Source: Bacillota bacterium (GTDB lineage: Bacteria; Bacillota; Ch66; Ch109). From it: DNA of 64,000 bases. Positions 33,848 to 44,035 of this stretch are shown piece by piece. Positions within the stretch are counted from its first letter, which is position 1; the number at the start of each line of letters is the position of its first letter. The notes beneath the pieces are model-generated. The model searched no databases and was not told the DNA's origin. It saw only the letters and a program-made list of their open reading frames with translations. The DNA is taken from NCBI GenBank assembly GCA_050952625.1, contig JBMNLH010000007.1, forward strand, positions 64,001 through 128,000, read 5' to 3'. Both the position numbers and the translations under genes were made by a program.

Positions 33848-34210
33848 CTAGCCTTTCCTTGTCTCCACGATTCTATTATTGGCATCGACAAAAACCAGGT
33901 CTGCTTTGTAAGTACGGGCTTCATTTTCCTCAAATATGCCGTAACCAATGATAATAATGATATCTCCTTTTTGTACCATGCGGGCTGCGGCACCGTTCAA
34001 ACAGATGACCCCCGATCCCCTCGGTCCGGCAATAACGTAGGTTTCAAACCGAGCCCCGTTGTTATTATTAACGATATGCACCTGTTCATTGGGCCAAATA
34101 TTCGCCGCATCCATCAGGTCCTGATCAATGGTAATACTGCCAATGTAATTTAAATCAGCATCCGTAACGGTAGCCCGATGGATTTTCGACTTCAACATAG
34201 TCCGAAACAC
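33848..34210 (-). CDS. panD: aspartate 1-decarboxylase
   Basis: [35 protein letters not shown]. Confidence 0.98.
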   Translation of the reverse strand: MFRTMLKSKIHRATVTDADLNYIGSITIDQDLMDAANIWPNEQVHIVNNNNGARFETYVIAGPRGSGVICLNGAAARMVQKGDIIIIIGYGIFEENEARTYKADLVFVDANNRIVETRKG

Positions 34211-34215
34211 AGGAC

Positions 34216-35064
34216 TTACACCTCCACTATCCGGTTATCGATAAGTCTAGTCTTGCCAAAGAAAACTGCTAAGGCTATAAGAATCCGGCCTTGAAGGATC
34301 TCCACTGGCTTCAAATCCTCGGCTCCGACAATTTCTACATAATCAATCCGCGCCAAGGGCTCTGCCTGAATTTGGGTTTCAATCGCCTTACGTAATACAT
34401 TGGCATCCCTTTCCCCATTAGCTGCTAATTCCCCAGCTATATTTAAGGCTCGGGACAAAACCAGGCTGGCTTTTCGTTCGCTAGGACTAAGGTACACATT
34501 GCGTGAACTCATAGCTAACCCATCTGCCTCACGCATGATTGGTGCAACGATAATCCGTAGCGGCATATTCAAATCACGAACCATGCGCTGGATTACAATT
34601 GCCTGCTGGGCATCTTTTTGCCCGAACACGGCGATATCCGGTTGGACTATGTTAAAAAGTTTGGTGACTACCGTCGTGACCCCACGGAAGTGCCCAGGCC
34701 GTGACTTGCCACAAAGGCCTTCTGTCAGCTTTTCTACATCTACATAACTGTAATATCCGCCTGGGGGATACATTTCAGCTACAGACGGGGCAAAAATTGC
34801 CGCAACTCCACCTTCTTCTGCCAACTCACTATCCCGAGTCAAATCCCGGGGATAGTCCTCATAGTCCTCACCTACTCCAAACTGCAGGGGATTAACAAAG
34901 ATACTCATCACTACAACGTCACAGGCTTTTAACGCCTCCTGCACCAGGCTTAAATGACCTGCATGCAGGTAGCCCATTGTAGGAACCAGGCCGATCTGCT
35001 TTCCTGCCAGCCGTTGCTCTCGAACGAATTCCCGCATCCGGCCAATTCCTCTGATTACTTCCAC
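34216..35064 (-). CDS. panC: pantoate--beta-alanine ligase
   Basis: [39 protein letters not shown]. Confidence 0.98.
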   Translation of the reverse strand: MEVIRGIGRMREFVREQRLAGKQIGLVPTMGYLHAGHLSLVQEALKACDVVVMSIFVNPLQFGVGEDYEDYPRDLTRDSELAEEGGVAAIFAPSVAEMYPPGGYYSYVDVEKLTEGLCGKSRPGHFRGVTTVVTKLFNIVQPDIAVFGQKDAQQAIVIQRMVRDLNMPLRIIVAPIMREADGLAMSSRNVYLSPSERKASLVLSRALNIAGELAANGERDANVLRKAIETQIQAEPLARIDYVEIVGAEDLKPVEILQGRILIALAVFFGKTRLIDNRIVEV

Positions 35065-35107
35065 CCGTCTTCCTCCTCAGTTACTACCTTAACATAGAAT
35101 ATTATCT

Positions 35108-35938
35108 CTAATAGAGTTTGTCCAGCACATCTTCTTTAATGGTATAACAGTGTTCCTCAGCCGGGAAAGTCCCTTTTTCCACATCTTCTTTGTATGCTTT
35201 AAAAGCCTCTTTCATAATTTCCCCAACTTGAGCGTACTGCCGAACAAACTTAGCCACATGGCCGCCAAAAAGGCCGATCATGTCATGATTCACTAATACT
35301 TGACCATCACAATCTGGGCCAGCCCCAATGCCAATCGTCGGGATGCCTACTTCCTGAGTCACTTTCTTCGCCAATGGAGCGGGAACACATTCCAAAACTA
35401 CCGCAAAGGCGCCGGCCTCTTCCAAGGCCTTGGCATCGTCAATCAATCTGCGCGCCGACTCGACATCCTTCCCCTGGACCCGAAAACCGCCTAGTTGATG
35501 GACGGTCTGGGGCGTTAACCCAATATGCCCCATGACTGGAATACCGGATTCAGTTAAGGCCCGAACGACAGCCACTCGTTCCCGGCCGCCTTCTATCTTA
35601 ACCGCGTGGGCCCCGGCTTCTTGCATTAATCGGCCGGCATTACGCAGGCTTTCCTCTACTGAGATATGGAAAGATAGAAAAGGCATATCAGCTACTACCA
35701 TGGTATTTTTTGCCGCCCGGGTCACAGCCTTGGTGTGATGAACCATATCATCCATCGTCACAAACAGGGTTGTCTCATAGCCTAATACCACATTCCCCAA
35801 TGAGTCGCCCACCAAAATCATGTCAATTCCGACCTCGTCCATCATTCGGGCAGTTGGGAAGTCATAAGCAGTTAACATCGAAATCTTCTGGCCATTGCGT
35901 TTCTTTTCTTTTAGCGATAAAACGGTAGCACGTGCCAC
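35108..35938 (-). CDS. panB: 3-methyl-2-oxobutanoate hydroxymethyltransferase
   Basis: LTAYD, LVGDSLG, VKIEGG, GHIGLTPQ, IGIGAG..DGQVLV. Confidence 0.98.
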   Translation of the reverse strand: MARATVLSLKEKKRNGQKISMLTAYDFPTARMMDEVGIDMILVGDSLGNVVLGYETTLFVTMDDMVHHTKAVTRAAKNTMVVADMPFLSFHISVEESLRNAGRLMQEAGAHAVKIEGGRERVAVVRALTESGIPVMGHIGLTPQTVHQLGGFRVQGKDVESARRLIDDAKALEEAGAFAVVLECVPAPLAKKVTQEVGIPTIGIGAGPDCDGQVLVNHDMIGLFGGHVAKFVRQYAQVGEIMKEAFKAYKEDVEKGTFPAEEHCYTIKEDVLDKLY

Positions 35939-36102
35939 TAATCTCACTCCTTAACTTTATTATTGCTTTTTCCAACAACAGCTAACATCGGTAAACCTGA
36001 CTCTGTAGTGTTAGCTTACCCTGAACTCTATCAGGGAACTCCGGGCAGTAAACTTACCATTACCCACCATTTACCCGCTAATTACTAAAGACTAGGGTGT
36101 AT

Positions 36103-36969
36103 CTACCGTAAGACTTTTTGCAATTCCTGGGCTCTTTCTCCCGTAATACTTCCTTTTCGCTCCGCAACTTCCACAGTTTGGCTCCCTAAAGATCGGTACA
36201 ACGATATTAGGTCCGGTGCCACCCCCTCCATCGTCGTTATATGTTCCTGAATGGTTGCTAAATCACCGCGGGCGATCGGCCCGGTTAAAGCCTGAGGTAT
36301 CCCGACCTTTCGAATATTAGCTAAGGTCCCTTCGATTAAAGGAAATAGGGCGGTTACCGCTGTTTCTTTGGGGATCCCGGCTGCTTCCAGCAGATGGGTG
36401 CCAAAATCAACCAAAGTAACTAGATAATTAGATACAACACAAGCCCCAGCGTGATACAGGGGCTTGGCCTTCTTATCAATAAAGAAATATTTGCCCTCCA
36501 AATCTTCGACAAGTCTAATCCCCAGCGGATAACCCGCTGGATTTCCCTCAATACTAAACACCGATCCTGGTAAAACCTTAATGGCCTGTTCGGTCGCCGC
36601 GAATGACTGCAAAGGATGCACTGAAAGGCAGACTGCCCCCTGCTCAGCCGCCGGCTCGAGAACCTCGCTGGTTAGTGCTCCGCTCATATGAATCACTACT
36701 TGTCCAGATTGGAAACAGCCTTCATGGGCCAGTTCTCGGGTTACTTGACCAATTGCACCATCGCTAGTTGTAATAAAAACCACTTCTGCCTGACGCGCCA
36801 CCTCAGATGGAAGCATACCCGAGGTTCCAAGTCGATCAGCCAACTGGTTCCTTTTTTCTGGGGCCTGATCGGCTACGCCGGTTATCTGATACCCTTTAGA
36901 CCGTAGGACTATACCGATTGCTGAACCAACCACTCCGGTTCCAATAATCCCCACCGTCGGTTTAGTCAT
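36103..36969 (-). CDS. Rossmann-like/DUF2520 protein, probable PanG-type ketopantoate reductase
   Basis: GTGVVG, HMSG, HPLQSF, YHAG...SN, LTGPIARGD; first gene of the pan operon. Confidence 0.85.
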   Translation of the reverse strand: MTKPTVGIIGTGVVGSAIGIVLRSKGYQITGVADQAPEKRNQLADRLGTSGMLPSEVARQAEVVFITTSDGAIGQVTRELAHEGCFQSGQVVIHMSGALTSEVLEPAAEQGAVCLSVHPLQSFAATEQAIKVLPGSVFSIEGNPAGYPLGIRLVEDLEGKYFFIDKKAKPLYHAGACVVSNYLVTLVDFGTHLLEAAGIPKETAVTALFPLIEGTLANIRKVGIPQALTGPIARGDLATIQEHITTMEGVAPDLISLYRSLGSQTVEVAERKGSITGERAQELQKVLR

Positions 36970-37059
36970 TATCCTCATCCTTCCACAGACCAAGATAAAA
37001 TGTTAATGATCAACTTTAAAACAAACAATGATTAAGGATAAAACCAACAATTAAGAAAC

Positions 37060-37172
37060 AAAATAGAGCCTTCTGGACACAATTACCCAGAAGGCTCCAC
37101 GAGAATTCCAAACGCACCTTCCGTCTCGGTCCAATTGGCTACAAGCGGATTTTGGTTTGTCACAGGGCACAT
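37060..37172 (-). promoter_or_regulatory. pan operon leader (pan RNA motif-like) followed by an intrinsic terminator
   Basis: atccgcttgtagcc...ggaccgagacgg then gagccttctgg/ccagaaggctc hairpin and T-rich tail upstream of the pan genes. Confidence 0.65.
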
Positions 37173-37259
37173 ACACAAAATATATTTTCTATATTAAATC
37201 ACTTTTATAGTCATAATCTTGCGATCAGGCAATTCTAAAAATTCCAGACATTTTAAAAA

Positions 37260-38228
37260 TCAACACTCATCCTTATCGCTTTTCGGATGCCGCGAATTAA
37301 TTTTAACATGGCTCCACAGTTTTTGACAACCGGTAGTTTCCGAATTAAATGATTGAGTAATAATTTTTTTTAAGAATCGACCATCCGGCATCAGCAGGTC
37401 AGGGGCAATTTCCACCAAGGGAACTAAAACAAAATCTCGTTCTAGCATTCGCGGGTGGGGAATAATCAGTTCTGGTTCCTCAATAGTTTGATTGCCATAA
37501 AGAAGCAGGTCTAAATCAATGGTCCGTGGACCCCAGCGGATGTCTCGCTGCCGCCCCAAACGGTTTTCAACGGCCTGCAAGATTTTTAGAAGTTCTTTAG
37601 GTTTTCGGTCCGTTTCCAGCTGAGCCACGGCGTTGAGAAATATTCCCTGATTTAAATACCCCACTGGTTCTGTTTCATAAAAGGACGATACCTTTTGGAC
37701 CTGCAGAGAAGGATGGGCAGCCAGCAAACCCAGAGCCTGCCACAGATACGCCTCTCGATCGCCCAAGTTTGAACCAAGAGCCACATAGGCAGTTTCCCTG
37801 ATTATCTGCTCACGGTTGAATTGTCGTTTTGACTCTTCCTCGTTCCGCCAACGGCTAATCTCTACCCCAGCCCACGCTAGCGGCCCGGGTAAAGGGACCT
37901 CGGGTTTTCGGACCCTGATGCGCACTCCTTCTATTGGGTATCCAGCCAATAAACTCTCAGCTAATCGGGCGGCCAGGGTTTCAATTAAACGATACTGCCG
38001 TCCTTCCACGATTTCTCGAATATTTTGGTAGACCAGGCTGTAATCTACCGCCTCGTTTAGCTCATCATGTTCAGCGACGGATTCCAAAGAACAAAAGAGT
38101 TCCGCATCCACTTCAAAAAACTGCCCCTGGGTTCTTTCCTCTGGGAGTACTCCATGATAACCAAAAAAACGCATTCCCTGCAACTGGATCCGATCACCAC
38201 CGCTCCAATGGTTACTGGTACAAGCCAT
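37260..38228 (-). CDS. folBK: fused dihydroneopterin aldolase / HPPK
   Basis: FFGYHGVLPEE...DY...LIE followed by ALGSNLGD, FLNAV, RWGPRTIDLDLL, PHPRM..R.FVL.PL. Confidence 0.93.
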   Translation of the reverse strand: MACTSNHWSGGDRIQLQGMRFFGYHGVLPEERTQGQFFEVDAELFCSLESVAEHDELNEAVDYSLVYQNIREIVEGRQYRLIETLAARLAESLLAGYPIEGVRIRVRKPEVPLPGPLAWAGVEISRWRNEEESKRQFNREQIIRETAYVALGSNLGDREAYLWQALGLLAAHPSLQVQKVSSFYETEPVGYLNQGIFLNAVAQLETDRKPKELLKILQAVENRLGRQRDIRWGPRTIDLDLLLYGNQTIEEPELIIPHPRMLERDFVLVPLVEIAPDLLMPDGRFLKKIITQSFNSETTGCQKLWSHVKINSRHPKSDKDEC

Positions 38229-38722
38229 CTCAGACCGCCTCCAACATCTTACGTTTTTAGTATTGTGCCATTCTGCGCGAAGCGAAGAGTCCTTCCCACG
38301 CTAGAAGAAAGATCCTTCGCCAACACCAGGATGACACACGTCCCGTTTTTCCCCCAGTAATTCGTCTTTTTCAGCGTCAATCATACCAATCCAGATGAGC
38401 AGCGTCAAAAACAATTCAATCACCAGCATCATTTCTCATCATTTCTTCAAAGCGAACCCTTCGTACTGCTAAGCAGAACATTATAAGACATTATAAGCCG
38501 ATCGCACAGTGTTATAACGAAGGTCAGGGATTGTTGGTCAACATCATAAGTATATTGTTTCCCAGTCTGGCCGGCTGACCAAGTTAAAATACAAGCTTAG
38601 GTACTTCATCAAAGCTATTAAGTAAGCTATACTACTATACTATCAGAAGGTATAATAAGCTTAACTCTGCCCCAGACGGGCATTTAAGATTAAATACAGT
38701 TTAAGGAGAGAGTAACTCTAGC

Positions 38723-39802
38723 ATGATCGGTCTATATGAAGAATTAGAAAAGACCCTTGATGAATCCATTGTGCAACAGATTTTGGAAGAGCACCCGGAA
38801 ATTAAAATTTTGTGGAACCGCCGGAAATCCTTAAAGAAACCGGCCATTATTGATCGGGAGGATGTCATCCTCCACGTGATTTTCGAAGCAGTAGTCGAAA
38901 AACAAATCCAGGACAATGATCCGGCGGAAGTTCGCGAAGCCTACCAAAAGCTGATTCAATCCGGTCTAGCCCCTCACGCAGCCAGAGGGAATATCGTTAA
39001 ACTCTTTCGCTGGCACCTTGATCAGGGATTACGCGAAAAAAAGCCTTTTGATCATCAAAGCTACACACGGCGATTACAATTTTTGGGCCATAATCCCCAT
39101 AAGACAGAACGAAATCAAGCTTGCCCCTGCGGCAGCGGTAAAAAATATAAAAAATGTTGCCTATCCTGCCAGGACCTGCTTGAAGTCTATCCAAAAGAAG
39201 GTGCTTTGATACTCGGATCAGGGGCTTACTTAGCCGCTGACTATTATAAAAAATCCGAGTATGATCCGCGCCGCCTCCAAGTGGAAAACCGAGTGCATCT
39301 CGCCTCATTCTTAGAAAGCCTGGGTGATTTCGAAGGAGCCTTATTCTATCTGCAAGAAAACGCCGCCGTATTTGAGCAGGATAATGATAAGGCACGCCTA
39401 GAAGACGCTTTACAAGATGTTCTTTTCTTCTGCAGCAATCACCCTGAGTATCTAGAAATCGGATTAAAAGTTGTCGATCAACTGATTGATCTGACCAATT
39501 CGATCCATAATCAAGGACTGTACCGATGTGACAAAGCTGATCTCTTGGCCCAAAAGGACGGAGTTGATAAAGGAGAACAGGAATTTTCAAAAATTTTCCA
39601 CGATCTCCCGCAGTTTTCTTTTGCCCATTTCCGTTACGCCAACTTCCTTAATCTATACGGCCAAAAAGAAAAAGCACTTACTGTGCTCAAAAAATTAGTA
39701 AATCAGCCCAATTTGGATAAAATGACCCTCGAGGCAGCTAATGAACTATTAAAGGATCTTTCACCAACGCAAAGCAATGCCGATAAGCGCCAAAACCAAT
39801 AA
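38723..39802 (+). CDS. SEC-C motif protein with helical/TPR-like C-terminus
   Basis: RNQACPCGSGKKYKKCC; N-terminal LHVIFEAVVEKQI DUF1841-like segment. Confidence 0.75.
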   Translation: MIGLYEELEKTLDESIVQQILEEHPEIKILWNRRKSLKKPAIIDREDVILHVIFEAVVEKQIQDNDPAEVREAYQKLIQSGLAPHAARGNIVKLFRWHLDQGLREKKPFDHQSYTRRLQFLGHNPHKTERNQACPCGSGKKYKKCCLSCQDLLEVYPKEGALILGSGAYLAADYYKKSEYDPRRLQVENRVHLASFLESLGDFEGALFYLQENAAVFEQDNDKARLEDALQDVLFFCSNHPEYLEIGLKVVDQLIDLTNSIHNQGLYRCDKADLLAQKDGVDKGEQEFSKIFHDLPQFSFAHFRYANFLNLYGQKEKALTVLKKLVNQPNLDKMTLEAANELLKDLSPTQSNADKRQNQ

Positions 39803-39807
39803 AATTA

Positions 39808-41031
39808 TCAACGGACAATGGCATCCGCCATGCGGAGAGCCGGCTTGATTTGCCGGACGTCGTGCACCCGAACGATATCAACCCCGGCCGCAATTCCCAG
39901 CACCACCGTGGCCGCGGTCCCCATATCCCGCTGGTCCACCGGTGCATCCAAAACCTGACCAATCATCGACTTGCGGGAAGTGCCCAACAGCAACGGTTTT
40001 CCTAGGTTGCGGAGTTCCGGCAGGCGTTTCATCACCTCCAGGTTGTGTTCTAGAGTCTTGCCGAACCCAATCCCGGGGTCAAGAATAATCTTGGCCGGGT
40101 CAATTCCGGCTTGGTCGGCAATCCGCAGGCTCTGTCCCAGGTCCTGAACCAGTTCGGCCATTAGATCCCGATACTCGGCCTTTTTTCGATTGTGCATCAC
40201 CACAACTGGAACCTGATACTCAGCGATCACCTCAGCCATGGCCGGGTCTCCCTGAAGACCCCAGATATCATTGATTAGGTGAACCCCCAGGTCCAGGGCC
40301 CGGCGGGCTACCTCCGCCTTATAGGTATCTAACGATATAGGGATCGGCAGTTCTTTTATGAGCAGCGGTAAAACTGTTTTCAGCCGTTCCCATTCCGCAG
40401 CGGCGGAAATTGGTCGAAACCCGGGTCTGGTTGACTCCGCCCCGACGTCTAGCAGATCAGCTCCCTCTTCGACTAGCTGCTGCGCCCTGGCCAAAGCGGC
40501 GGCCGGTTCACAGTACTTTCCACCATCCGAAAAGGAATCAGGAGTCAGGTTTAAGATCCCCATCATCAAGGTTCGTTCTCCCAGGGGCAACCAGCGGTCC
40601 CGACAGGCCAGCCCTCTGGATCTTAATTTTCGAGAACCGGTCCGAGACTGATCATCACCTTTAGCGATGGAATTCAGATCAAGAATAAATTCTATTTCCT
40701 CGGCCAGAGCTTTCAAGCCAAATGGTTGCTGCCGCATCCTGATTAGGGCTTGACGATACTGCTGCAAAGTCCCCATCAGCACCATATCCGTCTTATCCGT
40801 TTGGGCTACGATTACCTCCCGGTTAACGGCGGCCTCACCACCCCGGGCCAGCATCTCCTGTTTTAAAATCAAAGCCCCCGGCGTAGACACATCTTTCACA
40901 TATAAAACCAGGTGGACTGCTTTAGGGGCCATAATCCCTAAACCGGCGACATCAGGACCTACCCGACGAATCAATTCCCGGGCTTCCCCTTCATCCTGAA
41001 TTCGCACTACCCGTACCCGGCCGGTCAGCAT
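39808..41031 (-). CDS. folP: dihydropteroate synthase with N-terminal extension
   Basis: MGILNLTPDSFSDGG, GAESTRPG, LDPGIGFGK, GTSRKS, RVHDV. Confidence 0.95.
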   Translation of the reverse strand: MLTGRVRVVRIQDEGEARELIRRVGPDVAGLGIMAPKAVHLVLYVKDVSTPGALILKQEMLARGGEAAVNREVIVAQTDKTDMVLMGTLQQYRQALIRMRQQPFGLKALAEEIEFILDLNSIAKGDDQSRTGSRKLRSRGLACRDRWLPLGERTLMMGILNLTPDSFSDGGKYCEPAAALARAQQLVEEGADLLDVGAESTRPGFRPISAAAEWERLKTVLPLLIKELPIPISLDTYKAEVARRALDLGVHLINDIWGLQGDPAMAEVIAEYQVPVVVMHNRKKAEYRDLMAELVQDLGQSLRIADQAGIDPAKIILDPGIGFGKTLEHNLEVMKRLPELRNLGKPLLLGTSRKSMIGQVLDAPVDQRDMGTAATVVLGIAAGVDIVRVHDVRQIKPALRMADAIVR

Positions 41032-41245
41032 TCTTTTCCACCTACTCTTCTAACCCACATGCATCGGCTTAATTTTAAACCACCCTGGATCAAGGCTTTC
41101 AGGATTCGAGTGGTTTAACTCAGTCACAAGACTAAGGCGGGAACGAACTAATCGGCTTCGGGCAGGCATTAAGCTCGTTCTACGGAATCACTTAGTGATG
41201 CCTGCTGTTCCTCAGCCGCGTCCGTTCCCTGATCTCGATCGTCAA

Positions 41246-42913
41246 TTAGAACAAACCATATATTTTACCCTGCGCGTCAATATCAATATCAACCGCAGCC
41301 GGCCGTTTGGGCAGGCCGGGCATCGTCATGATGGTCCCAGTGATGGGGACCACGAAACCCGCGCCGGCTGAGAGCCGAACTTCCCGCACCGTCACCGTAT
41401 AACCGGTAGGCCTTCCCTTGACCGTGGGATCATCGGAAAGCGAAGATTGGGTTTTGGCCATACAGATTGGCAATTCACTAAATCCCATTTCCGTAAACCG
41501 GGACAAAGCGTTCTCCGCTTCTCGCGTATACTGAACCCCGTCCGCCCCATAGATTTCGCGGCAGATAATCTCGATTTTTTCTTTCAGGGGGCGATCCAGG
41601 GAATACAGATAATTAAACTGATTCGGTTTGCCGCAGGCTTCCATTACTTTCTCGGCTAATTCCAAACCACCCTCGCCGCCTTTGGCCCAAACCTCCGAAA
41701 TGGCGGTTTCCACGCCAACTGCCCGGGTATGCTCCTTAACCATATTCAACTCTTCTGCCGAATCAGTCGGGAAACGATTAACCGAGACAACTGCGGGCAC
41801 CCCAAAGCGGGCTACATTCTCCAAGTGTTTCTCCAAATTCGCCAGCCCTTTTTCCAATGCAGCCAGATTTGGTTGGCTTAAATCAGCCATTGGGACCCCG
41901 CCATGCATCTTTAAGCTACGGCAAGAAGCCACGATGACCACTGTATCCGGCTTTAATCCGGCTAAACGGCATTTCAGGTCCATAAATTTCTCGGCCCCTA
42001 GATCTGCACCAAAACCAGCCTCAGTTACCAGATACTCACCCAGTTTCAGGCCTAGGCGAGTGGCGACCAGACTATTGCACCCGTGGGCAATATTAGCGAA
42101 AGGCCCCCCATGAATCAAGGCCGGGGTATTTTCGAGAGTCTGCACCAAATTTGGTTTAATAGCATCCTTCATTAAGACGGTCATCGCCCCGGTTGCCTTT
42201 AAGTCAGCGGCCGTGACCGGTTGACCGTCATAGGTGTAGCCTACAATAATTTTTTCAAATCGAGCTTTCAGGTCCATTAAATCAGTGGCTAAGCAGAGAC
42301 AGGCCATAATTTCGGAAGCCACGGTAATGTCAAATCCCGATTCCCGCGGCACCCCATCTAAGCGGCCACCCAGCCCTAAAACCAGTTTGCGCAAGGCCCG
42401 GTCGTTCATGTCCAGTGCTCTCCGCCAAACTACTTGGCGCGGATCGATATTCAGGGGATTGCCCTGGTGCAGGCTATTATCCAGCATTGCCGCCAGCAAA
42501 TTGTGGGCGGTCCCTACTGCATGGATATCCCCGGTAAAATGAAGATTAATATCCTCCATCGGGACAACTTGCGCATAGCCGCCCCCGGCAGCCCCGCCTT
42601 TTATTCCGAAACTCGGTCCCAAAGAGGGCTCCCGTAGAGCAATAACCGCTTTCTTTCCCAATCGATTCAGAGCTTGTCCCAACCCAACAGTATTGGTGGT
42701 TTTACCCTCCCCGGCCGGCGTTGGCGTCATGGCGGTTACTAAAACTAATTTGCCGTCCGGCTGATTCTCTAATTTTTTCAAAACATTCAGCGAGACTTTC
42801 GCCTTATAACGGCCGTATAAATCCAAATCATCTTCGGATAAGCCCAGGCTGCTACCTACTTCAACGATTGGTTTAAGCTTAGCTGATTGAGCAATTTCAA
42901 TATCTGTTTGCAT
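41246..42913 (-). CDS. fhs: formate--tetrahydrofolate ligase
   Basis: [43 protein letters not shown]. Confidence 0.98.
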   Translation of the reverse strand: MQTDIEIAQSAKLKPIVEVGSSLGLSEDDLDLYGRYKAKVSLNVLKKLENQPDGKLVLVTAMTPTPAGEGKTTNTVGLGQALNRLGKKAVIALREPSLGPSFGIKGGAAGGGYAQVVPMEDINLHFTGDIHAVGTAHNLLAAMLDNSLHQGNPLNIDPRQVVWRRALDMNDRALRKLVLGLGGRLDGVPRESGFDITVASEIMACLCLATDLMDLKARFEKIIVGYTYDGQPVTAADLKATGAMTVLMKDAIKPNLVQTLENTPALIHGGPFANIAHGCNSLVATRLGLKLGEYLVTEAGFGADLGAEKFMDLKCRLAGLKPDTVVIVASCRSLKMHGGVPMADLSQPNLAALEKGLANLEKHLENVARFGVPAVVSVNRFPTDSAEELNMVKEHTRAVGVETAISEVWAKGGEGGLELAEKVMEACGKPNQFNYLYSLDRPLKEKIEIICREIYGADGVQYTREAENALSRFTEMGFSELPICMAKTQSSLSDDPTVKGRPTGYTVTVREVRLSAGAGFVVPITGTIMTMPGLPKRPAAVDIDIDAQGKIYGLF

Positions 42914-42933
42914 TATTTGGCTCACTCCATAAA

Positions 42934-43335
42934 TCAATTTTTGTTTTGTTTGCTCAGGTTTTTCCGCATAAATTTGTCCATCTGCACAATAAATCTTTCG
43001 TGGGTTCCTTCTCCCACCTTCTCTCGCTCATCAAATCCTTCGACCTTAAACACCAGGCGACGGCCATCTACCTCGACCAACTCGGCCCGGGCTGTCACAG
43101 TCAGGCCGATAGGTGTAGCGGCCGTGTGGCTGGTCCAAATGCTGATCCCGACAGTACAAAACCCGTCCGGCAGGTACTTGTCCACCGCATTAATGGAAGC
43201 ACCTTCCATTAAACCGACAAGGGCTGGGGTGGCAAAAACGGGTACATCCCCGCTGCCATATTTGATAGCGGTATTATTATCAGTTACCCGTTCCTGTTTT
43301 TCCCCGGTTAAACCTGGTTGCAAATTAATCTCCAT
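42934..43335 (-). CDS. FlK-like (fluoroacetyl-CoA thioesterase family) thioesterase
   Basis: [17 protein letters not shown]...H.AATP, GTHERF. Confidence 0.88.
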   Translation of the reverse strand: MEINLQPGLTGEKQERVTDNNTAIKYGSGDVPVFATPALVGLMEGASINAVDKYLPDGFCTVGISIWTSHTAATPIGLTVTARAELVEVDGRRLVFKVEGFDEREKVGEGTHERFIVQMDKFMRKNLSKQNKN

Positions 43336-43413
43336 AATGTGCCCTCCCCTTAACTAAGGTAATCTATGACTTAGTGATTTGCCCAAAGAAAAAGGGCCGG
43401 CCGGGCCCTCTCT

Positions 43414-43866
43414 TTATTTCTCCATGAGCCAAGCATCCGCTGGTCGATCGTAAACCAAAATCTCCTCCGGTTTAAAATACAAAGCGATTTCTCGTTCTGC
43501 ACTCTCCACCGAATCTGAGCCGTGAATCACATTTCTGGAGATGGTTACCGCCAAGTTGCCTCGAATCGTTCCGGGTAAGGCCTCCGCTGGGTTGGTCGCT
43601 CCCATTAAGTCTCGAACTCCCTTAACCACGTTAGGCCCTTCCCAAACCATCGCGACTACCGGGCCTGAGGTAATAAACTCCACCAATCCCGGGAAAAAGG
43701 CTTTGCCCATGTGCTCCGCATAATGCCTCTCTGCCAAAGCTGTATCCATCTTGAGCATTTTCATGGCCACTAATTTGAATCCTTTGCGTTCCAAACCGGC
43801 AATGATTTCACCAGTCAGTTGCCGCATAACCCCATCGGGTTTTACCATGACAAAAGTTCTCTCCAC
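43414..43866 (-). CDS. ndk: nucleoside diphosphate kinase
   Basis: [24 protein letters not shown]. Confidence 0.97.
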   Translation of the reverse strand: MERTFVMVKPDGVMRQLTGEIIAGLERKGFKLVAMKMLKMDTALAERHYAEHMGKAFFPGLVEFITSGPVVAMVWEGPNVVKGVRDLMGATNPAEALPGTIRGNLAVTISRNVIHGSDSVESAEREIALYFKPEEILVYDRPADAWLMEK

Positions 43867-43901
43867 CAGGTAACCTGCTCCTTTCTGCTGGGGTTCATTC
43901 G

Positions 43902-44008
43902 GTAAGCCTGTTCAGCTTCGCTGAATACTGAGGGTTAGATGGAAACTCCTGCTCCACCTGAAGTTAAACAAGGTAACCACCCCTTAGAGAAGTGGGCGTC
44001 TTTTGATT
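43902..44008. repeat. miniature element family A copy
   Basis: gttcagcttcgctgaatactgagggttagatgg...ctccacctgaagttaaacaaggtaacc...gaagtgggcgtcttttgatt. Confidence 0.8.
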
Positions 44009-44035
44009 CAGATCAACCCCATCCTGGTATTGCCC

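Noticed and set aside
37135-37172. SRP RNA (GTGCCCTGT...AATCCGCT resembles the Alu domain)
   Set aside because: No TCAGGTCCGGAAGGAAGCAGC S-domain; context fits a pan operon leader
38997-39590. 197-aa antisense ORF and similar shadow ORFs over fhs, ftsH, tilS and the MCP
   Set aside because: Fully overlap well-supported genes and have no recognisable motifs
41050-41135. ZTP (pfl) or THF riboswitch before folP
   Set aside because: GTCTTGTGACTG is similar but the GGCG continuation and CGCCTGGGC 3' element are absent; no THF consensus
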